64,000 bases of DNA from contig OX597827.1 of NCBI GenBank assembly GCA_951406725.2, positions 65,534,001 to 65,598,000 on the forward strand. The letters run 5' to 3'. Position 1 is the stretch's first letter, and the number at the start of each line of letters is the position of its first letter. Of the stretch, positions 37,470 to 51,832 are shown piece after piece. The translations under genes were made by a program, and so were the position numbers. Under the pieces are notes generated by a model that did no database searches, was not told where the DNA came from, and was given only the letters and a program-made list of their open reading frames with translations. This stretch comes from Octopus vulgaris (lineage: Eukaryota).

Positions 37470-37860
37470 ATATATACACCCATATATGGGTACAGGGCAC
37501 CAAACAAAAAACGTCGAACACAATGAGAAGCGAAAACATGAACACAAAACCAAGGAACTGGACATTTTTCTTAAACAACAAAGAAATAGAGTACAGGACA
37601 AATAACACAAGGAAAATTCCCCTTCTTCAGTCGCCATGGTTTCATCTACTCTGCGTTTCGAAGGTGAAGGCGATACGCATCTTCGATAGAAACTTTCCTT
37701 CCCGCGAAAAGCAAATTAAATAAAATATGAGATCTTTTTGCGGAGGGTTAAATGGTAACAAAAACAGGTCAGTAACGACAGTACAAAATATAAACAGCAA
37801 AATACAGGACAAGGTGAATAACAAGACAAGAAGGACTGTATAGCAAATATATGTACACAC
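37470..37860 (-). mobile_element. Probable Penelope-like pseudo-LTR remnant with GAAAC/CTGAAGA motifs
   Basis: Minus strand CCTTCGAAACGCAGAGTAGATG..GACTGAAGAAGGGG..TGTTATTTGTCCTGT; related sequence at about 42327-42400 (+) reads CTGATGAAGGG..TGTTACTTGTCCTGT. Confidence 0.5.
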
Positions 37861-38656
37861 ATTTATACACATTTAGATGCCACACAAATGCTGCATTGTT
37901 CTGTTATATATATGTAAATATGTGCCGGAAAACCATATTGACTAAATGTTGAGATTAATTTTCAGCATTATATACCCTATAAAGGATGATTCACCATACT
38001 CAATTTAATCGAATTCTTCGTTTAAAGATAAGCAGCAATCCTTTTTCTTCTAGAAGACAAAGAACGAAGTGTTTTTCCGCGCGAATTCTGCAAGCCTACT
38101 GAGCATAAAGTGTGAGTTTGCAATGATGTACTCGTTCGTCGCCAAGACGCGAGTGATGGTGCCATAGTACTTGACTACGCGTGGATAAACTTTCTAAATA
38201 TGTTACACGACAGAGAGTCATGGCAATACATTGTAGATCCAGTGTGAGACACAATGTCTTCTACAGTGCCAAACACATAGGTCTCAGAGAGCATCAATCT
38301 ATGTCACTAACAAGAATACTGCTGCTACTATGACGAAGATTGAAAGAATCACACTCAATAAGGCCATAGTATCAAACAGTCCGAATGGTGAAACAGAAAG
38401 TATGTTATGGTGAAATATAGAAGATAATGCTGAAAAGAAGAGCAGAGGTAGAACCACGTTGAAGTGTGAAACATTATGTACCGGGTCGATGTTGATCTCT
38501 CATACTTAGAAGAAACGACTGAATGTCCTTTGGGAAATTGTATGAACTGGAATGGTCTGTATGCTAGAATCACAAGGTAAGGTCAAGCAGTTAATTTGTT
38601 AAACATATTAAATGTCGGCGAAGATCTTGTAAATCATGATAGCGGACTGTAAATAA

Positions 38657-38781
<125 letters not shown>

Positions 38782-38834
38782 GTACATCTATCTAGCTAGC
38801 TAGCTATCTTCCTACCTACCGATTTATCTGTCTG

Positions 38835-38891
<57 letters not shown>

Positions 38892-39409
38892 TTATCAATC
38901 TATCTATCTATCGTTCTTTCTTTCTTTCTTTCTTTCTGTCTCTCTTTCCGTCTGTCAGTTTGTCTTTATTTCGATTTGTTTCTCTGCCTGTCCGTCTAAA
39001 TCACTCTATGATTATATTAAAAAAAAAAGCAAATCGAAAATAAAAACGAAAGCAAATAGAAAAGTAAAAAGAAAATAATAACTAGATATAAAAAACATAA
39101 AAATTATAAATCATTCTGGACAGCCGGAAAAAGAGATTGACGCATTGACGCAAAGAGACATATATGCTGATTCTTTGAACGGTAAAGGCCTACCTATATC
39201 GTGATCGATTTGAAACCAAACATACACATAGCAGAACTGATATTTTTTTGAATTTCAAAACAGCTCAGAAGAGAATTTATCAATAATAACAAAACTAGCA
39301 GATGAGTCTATAATTATTCGTTAGTTAAGTTACTTGAACTTCAATTTATCAAAATACTTAGCAAATAAATATTCTTTTAACCTCTGTAAGTTTATTAACA
39401 TATTGATGG

Positions 39410-39447
<38 letters not shown>

Positions 39448-39773
39448 CCATCCATCTTTTCTGTTCCTTCTTTTTTTCTTTTTGTCTGTATGTCTGTCTA
39501 TTTGTCCGTCTTTCTTTCGGTCTGCTTCCCGTCTGTCCGTCTAAATCACTATCTCCGTCAACTTAGACGTCAATACGCTTAAATATTAAAGCGTACACTA
39601 GAAACCAAACTAAAAGTGACATTCATAATGCCATAATACACACACATAAATACAGGTACACACATATCTATCTAGCTATCTGCTATCTATCTATCTATCT
39701 ATCTACCTATCTATCTATCTATCTATCTATCTAGCTATCTATTCTATCTATTCTATCTATCTATCTATTCTAT

Positions 39774-39838
<65 letters not shown>

Positions 39839-39982
39839 TCTATCTATTCTATCTATCTATCTATTCTATTCTATCTATCATTCTATCTATCTATTCTATC
39901 CATCAATCTATCTATATATATATATATATATATACATATGTGTGTGTGTGAGTGTGTGTGTGTGTGAGTGTGTGTGTGATTA

Positions 39983-40040
<58 letters not shown>

Positions 40041-40423
40041 TGTGTGAGTATCTGTAAATGTTTATGTGTGTGCGTGTGCAGGTATGTTTGTGAGATTCTC
40101 GCTATCGATTATTTCATTCTTACCATCTCTCTTTCACGCTCGCTTCTGTTCAGCAATTCGTCTCTCCACCCTCGTCTTTCTCAAATACACTAACCTACAA
40201 TTTCAAGTACACATCAATTCATATATTGAAAACAAAATTTTTGAAAAAACCCGCAGGCCAAATAATGTATTAACTATCTGTCTACATCACCAGAACTGAA
40301 AAGGAAAATGGAAGATAAAGCCGTTCCAACGCACAAATATACATATACGCATGCACAACACGTTCAGAGACCCGCGCATCCACACACGCACACACAAACA
40401 CACACACACACACACACAAATAC

Positions 40424-40483
<60 letters not shown>

Positions 40484-40750
40484 GATATATATATGAACAT
40501 ATATATACATATATATATATAAATGTATATATATATATGTAAATATATATATGTTTATATGCATGTGTGTATATATATTGCATTATTACTTTACCTGGAT
40601 ATATTCATAATTATGTATTTTAATGTCTCTCTATAAATGCGTGTACATCCACATTTCAATGAGGTCGTGAGTGTTTATGCGTGTATATATATGTATATAT
40701 ATATATATATGTATCTATATATATATGTGTGTATATATTTATGTATGTGT

Positions 40751-40784
<34 letters not shown>

Positions 40785-41349
40785 CCACATATATGTATAT
40801 GCATGTATATATGTATATATGTATATATATATATATATATCAGAATGTATTGATACATATACGTAACCATACTCCGTGTGTGGGTGTGTAAGTTATTCCA
40901 CGTATGTTCGTACATAAACATTTTGTTTAAATGATTGAATATTAAAGCGGAAAAAGAAGAAAAAAATGCTATCTCCGTACACAATGAAAACCAGTAGAAA
41001 ATTAGAAAATTAAGAAAATTTTAAATGAGGACAAATATAGTATCAATTATCACAAAAATAATTACAAATATTAAAGGAAACGGAGCGTATTCCTTTGTTA
41101 TCTAATCACAAACATAATCATAATTAATTTTGTGATTCTGGAAGATGCATCCTTCTATGTAATGAAATATTTTTATTGAAAGTCTCTAATGTATAAATAC
41201 ACATGTATAAATGTCCACATATATATACGTGTGTGCGCGTGTGTGTACATGTATATATATATATATAAACATATGTGCGTGTAATTGTATATATACATGT
41301 ATATATGCACATACATAAATTTGTATGTATAAGTACATATATATATGTA

Positions 41350-41391
<42 letters not shown>

Positions 41392-41568
41392 TAAGTACGA
41401 ACACACGGACATACACAGATATATAGACTCCCATGTAAAATATATGCATGCATCTATCAATATGAATGTAAATATATCTATACGTTTGTACGCTCGTGCG
41501 TTTGGTGTGTGTACGTGTATACATTGTAAGATATATTAATTTGTGAATATATTCAGTGTTCGAATAGC

Positions 41569-41647
<79 letters not shown>

Positions 41648-42555
41648 GTATATATGTATGAATATATGTATGTATATATGTAAGTATATATGTATGTATA
41701 TATATGTATATATATGTATATATGTATGTATGTATATATATATATGTATGTATGTGTATATATATACATATAGATATAGATAGATATCGTTTTGAGTATG
41801 TGTATGTACATGAATGAGTGTGCTAGATATATTAATCAAAATATTTTAAGTAGGAAGGAAAATTAAATATCAATTCTACTAATTAAAATCCTGTGTAAAA
41901 TCTTTTGTATCATAATAATTAAATCTTTTTTAGGTATAATACTAACAAGTTTGAGGTGAAGGTATGAGTCACTAAGCACGAGGCTAGAACTTGAATAGTT
42001 TAACAATTCCGAGATACTAAAAAGCAAAATAGTCTTTGGTGCCAGTTGAACTTTGATTTTTTCTCCCCGAAGCTCTGTCTGCCAGAAATAATACACATCC
42101 ATAACCTTTTTTTTTTTATCGGATGTAAACGCTCTGTTCTTATTACGCTAGTATTCTCATAAAGCAATATGTCCTGAAACAGACGTATATCCAATTCCAG
42201 GCCAGGTCTCGCCGTGTCTGAGCAAAATGTTCAAACATATATATAAATACTTCTCATTTAGGCACTAGCCCAAGCTTCGAGAAGGCGGTGCGACAATATA
42301 CGTTATGGTGAAAGTGCTTTTGACTTACCCTCGTAGAGGAGTAGACAGACAGCCGACAACTGATGAAGGGTCGTTCTTTCTGTTACTTGTCCTGTTTTCA
42401 ATTTTCTCTCTCTCGTTTCATGCGCATTTAACTCGCTTGTTTTCGTACTTCATGTTGTTTACAGTTGGTGACGTCCTGTCAATTAGCATTTACCCTTACT
42501 CACTTTATCAACGTTCCTCATCTATAATTTCAGTGTACATTTTTCTATTTTATTG

Positions 42556-42869
42556 TTTTATGCGCCCTTTTCAAGCATAGCCAGGCTCATTGGCCCAGTT
42601 TCCCGGTTTCTGTGTCGTATGTGTGTCCCCCCCCCCCCAGCTGGACCGAACGCCAGTCCATCGCAGCGTTACTCAAGAAACATGAAGAGAGAGTGAGAGA
42701 AATTTGGGGCGATAGAGTACAACAGGGCTCGCTACCACCCCCTGCCGGAGCCTCGGGGAACTTTAGCTGTTTTCGCTCAATGAACACACAACGCCCGGTC
42801 TGGGAATCAAAACCGCGATCCTCCAACCGCGAGTCCGCTGCCCTAACCACTGGGCCATTGCGCCTCCAC
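42556..42869 (-). mobile_element. SINE C, tail type 3
   Basis: Reverse-complement match to 32950-33260. Confidence 0.9.
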
Positions 42870-42897
42870 ATATTTTTATATAGATATTTTTTATACA

Positions 42898-43129
42898 GGG
42901 CGGCGAGCTGGTAGAAAGGTTAGCACGCCGTTGAAATTCGTAGCCGTATTTCGTCTGCCATTACGTTCTGAGTTCAAATTCCACCGAGGTCGACTTTGCC
43001 TTTCATCCTTTCGGGGTCGATAAAGAAAGTACCAGTTACGCACTGGAGTCGACGTAATCGACTTAATCCGTTTGTCTGTCCTTGTTTGTCCCGTCTGTGT
43101 TTAACCCCTTGTGGGTAAGTAAAGAAATA
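42898..43129 (+). mobile_element. SINE A monomer
   Basis: Complete head-core-tail a; TTTTTATATAGAT occurs on both sides. Confidence 0.92.
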
Positions 43130-43829
43130 AATTTTTATATAGATTTCTGTTATAAAACATATTGTAACCTATATATAATATATGTAGAAATCATCAATCT
43201 ATATTAATTGGTATCTCATAAAAGTTCACTGTCACAGTCTCAAACTTTCTCTCAGCATTTGACATTAGATGGTTTCTAACATAACATTGCTACCATCTGA
43301 ATATACTTGCGAATATGTTAGTTACGGAAGAAAGGAATATTGAAACATTCAACTCTGTTGCTACGCAAAAAAACTTTTACAAGAAAATACATTCTATCTT
43401 GCTTTTAAAAGAATATTATAGTTGGACTCATACAGATATCAAAATAAATGTTTTCCGTGGTTCTAATATAGATAGAGAAAAAATATATTTCATATACAAG
43501 GAGACAAACTGTCCAGAAACCAGCATGTGGCGCTTATTGTTTTCGTCATAGATTTTAGTGATAATATATCATAAAAGCCTATTGTGCCAAGAGTGTCATT
43601 CTTTATGATGAAACTTGGAATGATGTGGTTGAAAAACAATGTTATTATCTACAGAACCATCAAACTATCAATACACATATACGTAAATACATTTACCGGT
43701 CACTCATACTTACATGCAGGCTTACGTGTGTGTATATGTGTGTGTGCACGCGCGCTTGTGTAAGTGAACATGGGCACACATTCACATTTGTTTCTCTATC
43801 GTTATATTTACAAATATATATATATACAC

Positions 43830-44243
43830 TTTACTCTCTTTTACTTGTTTCAGTCATTTGACTGCGGCCATGCTGGAGCACCGCCTTTAGTCGAGCAAAT
43901 CGACCCCGGGACTTATTCTTTGTAAGCCCGGTACTTATTCTATCGGTCTCTTTTGCCGAACCGCTAAGTGACGGGGACGTAAACACACCAGCATCGGTTA
44001 TCAAGAAATGCTAGAGGGACAAACACAGACACACAAACATATACATACACATACATACATATACATACATATATACGACAGGCTTCTTTCAGTTTCCGTC
44101 TACCAAATCCACTCACAAGGCATTGGTCGGCCCGAGAGTATAGCAGAAGACACTTGCCCAAGAGCCACGCACGCAGTGGGACTGAACCTGGAACCATATG
44201 GTTGGTAGGCAACCTACTTACCACACTGCCTCTCCTGCGCCTA
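43830..44243 (-). mobile_element. SINE B, near full length
   Basis: Head GGCGCAGGAGAGGCAGTGTGGTAAG, B-box GGTTCAGTCCC, tail (AGAGTAAA)-like. Confidence 0.93.
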
Positions 44244-44249
44244 TATATA

Positions 44250-44306
<57 letters not shown>

Positions 44307-44977
44307 TATATATATAACTATTTGTGTGTGTGCTTGCGTGCGTGTGTGCGCGCGCAAGTGAGTGGACATGAGCACACTTCCACATCTCTCTTTCTCTCCC
44401 TCTTTCTCTCTCTCTCTCTCTCTCTGTATATATATATATATATAGTTATATATTATATAAATATATATAATTATATATTATATATTAATTATATATTATA
44501 TATTAATTATATATTATATATTAATTATATATTATATATTAAGTTGAGCGGTGGCAATGCGAGCAGGAACTAAAGGAACATTACTAAGATCCACACACGA
44601 TGATCAAATACATACATATATTCATATATTCATTTATATCTACAGAACGGATATAAAATCTGACATATCTAAATATAATAATATATATAAATAGATAAAA
44701 ACCATATAATATATATAAACATATAAGAATCAGTGTATAACTTTACACTTAAAGTTATAAAACATTGATAAAATAAAAATTTGGAATAATAAAACATATA
44801 AAGGACATATTAAAATGACGTATTAAAATTCTAGAAAAAAATAGAGAAAAAATACAAAAATACAAAAATTACAAAATTACAACTCCAGTCGCTATTATAT
44901 TTTGAGTATTGTTATTACTAGCTAACTCAAGATATAACTGTGTATTTTGTATTCTATACACACACACACACACACAG

Positions 44978-45047
<70 letters not shown>

Positions 45048-45202
45048 GTTTATGTGTACGTGTGTGTTTGTGTGTATGGCAGATGCATGCGTTTGTGTAA
45101 TATATTAAAATACATATATCATGAGAATAAAATGGATTGTAAATTGTGAAGTAATACAGGACCAATAAAGATTAACTCATACTATTTTTAATGTAACTAG
45201 AC

Positions 45203-45503
45203 CAGGAATTCCCAACCATATTTCTTTCTCTATGGACACCTTTGATTGCTATTTCATTCTGGTGGGCCCTCATTGCCATTCGATATTTTTAAAAATAATT
45301 TTATATATATAATGCTATTTATCCATGTTTTCACACATTAATTTGTGTCAGTTGAATTATGTAAAAGGTTAGAGAAAGAAATCAAGCTGCTTCTCCTGAT
45401 ATATACCGATATCTAAAGGAAAATCATTTCAGGGTCCCCTAAAATACTATTGTGGATCCCCGATTTCCTATTTTGTTGTGTGGACCTCCAGAAATCCCCC
45501 CTG
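45203..45503. mobile_element. Non-autonomous hAT (Charlie/Buster-like) MITE
   Basis: Starts CAGGAATTCCCAACC, ends CCCCCTG, with repeated TGGA(C/T)C-type subterminal motifs; 8-bp flanks AACTAGAC and ATCTAGAC. Confidence 0.55.
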
Positions 45504-45608
45504 ATCTAGACTCTAGCTGCCCAACATCCGGCCTACGGGGCGAATCCGGCTTACGAAACCTTAGAGTCCGGCCCGTTAGTCGTTGTTCAGCTTTTTTCCT
45601 TAATAGTA

Positions 45609-46000
45609 CTGGAACTGGAAGCACTCCGTCGGTTACGACGGCGAGGGTTCCGGTTGATCCGAATCAACGGAACAGCCTGCTCGTGAAATTAACGTGTAAG
45701 TGGCTGAGCACTCCACAGACACGCGTACCCTTAACGTAGTTCTCGGGGATATTCAGCGTGACACAGAGAGTGACAAGGCCAGCCCTTTGAAATACAGGTA
45801 CAACAGAAACAGGAAGTAAGAGTGAGAGAAAGTTGTGGTGAAAGAGTACAGTAGGGATCACCACCATGCCTGCCGGAGCCTCGTGCAGCTTTTAGGTGTT
45901 TTCGCTCAATAAACACTCACAACGCCCGGTCTGGGAATCGAAACCGCGATCCTATGACCGCGAGTCCGCTGCCCTAACCACTGGGCCATTGCGCCTCCAC
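45609..46000 (-). mobile_element. SINE C, tail type 1, nested in the hAT element
   Basis: Same head and core, tail ..CGTCGTAACCGACGGAGTGCTTCCAGTTCCAG; TSD CCTTAATAGTA. Confidence 0.93.
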
Positions 46001-46337
46001 TCCCTTAATAGTAACACATAAGCTTACTACTATTATTTTTCTTTGTTTATAAAATATTATTGGCTGCCAATAAACAGTTCTCCAAGCAGCACGCTACTCT
46101 GCGCTCAGTGTGCCTTGTGTGGACATAGCGGTCACCAAAGAAATAAATTTCAGGATTTGTTTGTCCATCTTACTGGAAGCTCATCGCTTGCAAAAGTGTG
46201 GCCCCTCTCCTAGTGGGGTGGCATGGCATATGTGCTTTTTCAAATCTACTCCAGCACAACCTTTTATACGGAAACCTTCTGTAAGCGATGAGTGAATTAG
46301 TTTGTTTTTCAGAATAAATTTCAAATTTTGTTTATCC

Positions 46338-48083
46338 ATGGCGTCGGCTAGAAAAATCAGAATTGTAGACAAGGAGAATCGCAGGTTTAACGAGGCATGG
46401 AGAAATTTGTATTTCTTTGTGGAATCAAATACAAAATGTCTCTGCCTGGTTTGTGGTGAAACAGTCGCAGTTCCATAAGCTGAGAATGTGAAACGGCATT
46501 ACACTTTAAAGCACACTTCAACCCGTAATTGCTATGAATGAGATCGACGCAAGGACAGAGTGTTTTTACTTCAAAGGAAATTTGTCTCGCAACAGAACAT
46601 TTTTCGGAAAATAGATGATGAATCGAGAAAATACGCCAGCATATCTGAAGGAGATTTTGTCAATTTTTGTCAATTTTAATCACGTCCGTGATTAAAATTC
46701 TATGCCCAGAGAAGGAGAAAGCTATAAAATGTGTTAGCATGTCACGTAATACTATGAACGAAGAATTGAAGAACTGGGCGGAAATATGAAAATGCAATTG
46801 AATGAACTATGTAAAAACTTAGAAGCACTGCTATCGACGAACCTCACTGACTTTACTGATTCGCCACAACTGGCGATTTTCGTGAGAGATGTTTATAGAA
46901 GTTTTAATATCACTGAAGAGTTACCTGCTTTATGCGCTATAACAGGAAATTGCACAGGCGCTGCTGTTTTCAAAGAAATCTATACTGCACTCCAAAAAGC
47001 GGGAACGACTTACAATCGCCTGGTGGGAATTCTACCAATGGTGTACTGGCGATAATCGGCAAGGAACTAGGATTGCGTGGTTACATCCAAAGGAAGCTAA
47101 AATCCCTGAGATGAGTAAGGATCGGTTATTGCTGTACCATTGTTCTCTACTTCAGGAATCACTTTGCTCCAAAATCATTAAGTTTGATCATGTCATGGGA
47201 TTATATCGTGAAAGCCGTCAATTTCAATCGGAACTGTGCATTAAATCATTGACAGTTTCGAAATTTTCTTGATGGGATAAACGCCAAATCCGCTGCCATC
47301 CCTTACTTTACTAAGATCAGGTGACTCAGCCGTGGCCGTACTTTGAAACTTTTTTACGATATTCGAGACCATGTGGCAGCACTTCTTGAACCAAAAGGAA
47401 ATTCGTGCATTAATTTGATGACGACAAATGAATGAATGATTTTTTTTTTCTGGTGGACATTACAGACAACTTGAATGAGTTGAATGTGCAGTTACAAGGA
47501 AAAGAAAAACTCTTCCATTATTTGTTTCGGGAGGCAGAAGCTTTCCAAAAGGAACTGGATTTGAAGGTTGCTCAGATTGCTGATAGAAGTTATGCTCACT
47601 TTCCTTGCCTTCAGGAACAGTCGCACATTTCAACCAAAAACCTGAAATTATTTGAGAGCGAGTTAAAATTTGCCAGATTTAAAGATTTCCATGGTTGTGA
47701 GTCCAGCTGAACAGTTTTTTAATGCCTTTTTCACGTGGATTCTACAGATGCCCACCTTGAGCTTCAAATGGAATTGAATGAATTTCAAAGTGACATTGAT
47801 TTTCAAGAGTCAGAAATTACATAGGAATCTGATGGACTCCTACAAATATGGTCTGCCTTTCACTCAATGCCCAAATCCTAATTGCTACTCAAAATACTTT
47901 CTCGTTTTTTTTCGGTTCGACATGAATATGTGAATACCTCTTCAGTCGCATGCCATCGAACAAAAGAAATTCTTTGAGTGATGCTCACCTCGAAAATGAA
48001 CTCCCACTGGCCTTAACAATTATTCCGGCAGACACTGAAAATTGTTTCTTGATGACTCGAAACAATTTCAAGTTTCTCATTGA
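46338..48083 (+). pseudogene. hAT transposase pseudogene (SPIN/GTF2IRD2-like family)
   Basis: MASARKIRIVDKENRRFNEAWRNLYFFVE....CLVCGE.VAV....NVKRHY..KH; TDFTDSPQLAIFVR; YHCSLLQESLCSK; IR*LSRGRTL; FFLVDITDNLNELNVQLQGK; ends QFQVSH*. Many stops and frameshifts. Confidence 0.9.
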
Positions 48084-49249
48084 TATTTTCGTTCATTATA
48101 CATCACAAATGAAATTATTTTATTATTGAATTAAATGACATTTGAACAAATGTTTTCTTCTTAAATCTTGATCAGTTGTTGAATTTACTTTGTAGAATGT
48201 AAAGTTATGAGTAAAATTATTTTCTATTATCATATACATGTAATATCTGGAGGCTATAATTTTTATGATAGCTATGACAAAGTAGATGTAGCATCATATG
48301 TATGTATAAATTAAGTTATAAATAATAATTATATAATGAGTAATTTCTGTAAATAAAATAATAAAATCAATATTTACATTTCTGAATACTTTTTCAAACC
48401 ATTTGAAGTAGCTGTATATAAAAAATGAAAGACTAGAAATATGAGTCCGCACCACTGGCGTCGTTTTTTCTTAGATTCGGCCCTTGTTCGAAAAAGTTTG
48501 GGCAGCACCGATCTACAATGTAAAAATGAATGTATAATACAAATTATATGTGTTTCCTGTTTTCAACCACTTTCCCAAGTATTTTCTGAACGAAGCTCAT
48601 TCATTCCCATAAACACTTATCGATCAAGCCTAAGATCAAATACTCTCAGCCGTAACAGTTTCCTGTGATTCTTATGTTATGGGAACCTTGTAGGTCATTT
48701 CCTAACGTGATGGTGTTATTTGATGTAGATATGACGGTTCTTCCTCTCTGGTGAAGTGATGACACAGTGGCTGTAAATTTGGCCCATTAAAATACGAGAT
48801 ATGCACTTCCTTTGATATTTGGGCAGTTATATAATTATATTAGAATTGACGAAAAAATGTGAACTATAAAATTAGATAAACCATTCGAGTAAAAGGCAAA
48901 CAAAACATTCTTTGTTGAGCGAATACGAACGATTAGTAATACAGGGGCCACTTTAGTTGAGCCGTTCTTTGGTGATACATCAGGGTAACCTCCCTTTTAC
49001 AGATATAAACTGCATCAAAACAAGATACATATTTTCGCAGATATATGCCAAATGCTGCACAGAAACACACGCGCAGATACATAGATAAACACGAAAAGCC
49101 ACCCGCAAACAAACACACAGATAAGCAGATATACATAAAGCTACACACATAAGAACACACACATATACCTAGATATATAAACATTCCCATCCCATTCATT
49201 CATCCATACATCCATACATCAATCCATCCTTCCATCCATTTATCTAGGT

Positions 49250-50030
49250 TGTCTGTCCTCTCCTCTTAGTTTCGCTGTAGAGTCATAAGAACTGTCCTTT
49301 ATAGGGACCTATCAAAATCAACGTTCAATAGGGTTTCATCCAGCCGTGACCAACTGTGTCTATGTAAATTCACCAGCCATCCCGTTCTAGGTTAATTTTA
49401 GCTTTCCTGTCAGTTGTCTCGGCTTCAAGAATTCATTTTACTATTCTTTCCTGTGACATTCTGATCAATTGTCTGAAGTGCCGGAACTGTAAGCTCTCAG
49501 TGTGGAGAAGAAGCGGCTCGAGCCGAAGAGCCAACCTTACCGCCGAGATATGCATCTCAATTAAGTTACGTTACTCCAGAATCCTTCTGCAAACCCCAGT
49601 TTGGTAGCTTTTATTCGCGATCGCGCACTTTCCGGCATTAACCGGTATTTGTGAACATAGTTCGAGATAGGCACGAAAATCGAATTGAAGATTGCGAGTT
49701 TAGTCTCTCATAGCAACATCACCTTCTCTGAGGATCGAATTGTGCATATTACGTATTACTGAGTTACCAGCTCCAATTCTAACATCCAATTCAGCCTTTT
49801 GTTCCCCATCACTCGTGAATATGGCCTCCATCGTCTTCTCCACTTGCCTCAGTTATGTTTTACTCACAACCAGAGTGCACTGGAAAATCTATCTTGAATG
49901 GGCCAATGTATCCGTCTTCGTAACATTAATTCTCATCCCTGTGTTGCAGTACATGGCAGCACATCCATTCAGTATATACTGAAGACAACCTCTTGATGAG
50001 CCAACTAATATCATTTTCGCTCACATTACT
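49250..50030 (-). mobile_element. RTE-clade LINE fragment (RT C-terminus), decayed
   Basis: QVEK....IFTSDGEQKAELDVRIGAGNSV and TKLAIFNSIFVP...Y.....MPESARSRIKA follow the RTE pattern. Confidence 0.75.
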
Positions 50031-51050
50031 TACATCAAACCATATTAAAAAGAGCCATATTAAAAGGCAGTTGCCCCAAATTTAAAGGGAGATTGAAAAC
50101 GGGATCTAGTGAACGGGTCTCAAATTTCGACGCAAAAGTGCTCTGGGCTGGTATGAAACTCGCTTGTATACAAAATGACATATATCTACATTTATATAAC
50201 TGGATATGAATTCATTCATACTAATGAGTATGCATGTTTATCAAGTTTTATATACATATAGGATATTCACATATATGAATAAATAACTGACAAACTTAAG
50301 TATTTGGGGAATATAAGATATACATGGTTAAATGGAAGATTCATTGACTTGTACATATCATCATATCTATAGAGTGAACTGCGCATATTGCATATATATA
50401 CGCGTTTGTGTGTATGTAAATATAAATATAAATTTTGGATTGTGTAAGTGTGTTTTATGTGTATGTGACTATTTGCTCATGAATATGCGTAGATATACAG
50501 GTTGTCTCTCCTTAAATCTCCAAGTTTTCAAGGGGTCATTGTGGGACTTTCCTAATGTCCACATCGAAATGAATATTATTTGAACATGAATAACTATAGA
50601 ATAATTTGGTTAATACTTGCAGATCTGTGGTCGATTCTAACTATTCAAATATATCATACTGTATTTTTTCTTTTGTTTTACGTGATATCAATATTCAAAA
50701 TTGTAACACATTACCATGTCTACCATTTTTATAGCTATGACAATCGAAAGTACTAAGTATACATAACGATCAACAACATTGTTATCACAACTGCCATCAT
50801 TATTACATTCCACATTAAACTCAGCTGAGAGCGGCTTGATAATTCAATTCCTGCGATTTCGGTAGAATTGCATATTTATTCCTAAGTTGAACTTCAACTA
50901 TTAACCGACCTTCTGGGTCCTTGTCTAACATTTGCAAAATGAATTACACCTAACCCACACAGTCCTATGAATAATAACTTGTGTTTCTGTGTGTGTTTCT
51001 GTGTGTGTATGTATGATGTATGTATGTATATATGTATGTATATATTTATG

Positions 51051-51084
<34 letters not shown>

Positions 51085-51337
51085 TGTATGTATGTATGTA
51101 TGTATGTGTACTAGTTTATGTGTGTATGTGTGAACAGCATCAAGTGTTGAGCTCTACATGTTGTGCTTAAGAAAGAACTGAGATAAAAGAAAAGAGATTG
51201 TGATAGCTGTTACTGACAAGCAATGTAACATGCGATTATTATATAACAATAGCACAAAATTTAACATGCTTTCTCAACCGCTTGAGTGTCAACATGATAA
51301 ATTTTGTCCTATTCTTATATATATATGTATATATATA

Positions 51338-51388
<51 letters not shown>

Positions 51389-51389
51389 G

Positions 51390-51431
<42 letters not shown>

Positions 51432-51702
51432 TAAAATATGTGTTATGAGAATTTATAGTATATAGTCCGATATAAACTCAACTAACGGTTACAAAAATGG
51501 AGAAGAGATGTTAAAAGTTTTTATAAAATTTACGTCCATGTGATCGTTTCGAATTTTAAACCCAAGATGTACGAAACATGGGAAAATTAAATTAATTATA
51601 ATAATAATGAAAATGATGATAAAATAAAATTAATTTTTAATTATGTATCACCGGACACATGTTGTAGGTAAGCAAATATATTATCTCTCTCTCTCTCTCT
51701 CT

Positions 51703-51736
<34 letters not shown>

Positions 51737-51798
51737 CTACATACATACACACACACACACACGCACACAAACATATATATATATATATACACCTACAA

Positions 51799-51832
<34 letters not shown>

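Larger units (their letters stand above)
45512..48510 (+). mobile_element. Near-full-length hAT transposon (Buster/SPIN-like), decayed
   Basis: TIR core GCTGCCCAA / TTGGGCAGC, subterminal (T)CCGGCCC repeats at both ends, 8-bp flanks ATCTAGAC and ATCTACAA (NNNTANNN), internal transposase remains. Confidence 0.85.

Noticed and set aside
38060-38580. Coding-like segments (also about 30880-31120 and 48680-48810)
   Set aside because: Only faint RTE/CR1-type KRSRGR motifs with many stops; too decayed to call.
46338-48083. Host GTF2IRD2/EPM2AIP1-like gene
   Set aside because: Multiple stops and frameshifts plus flanking TIRs and TSDs show a transposon fossil.
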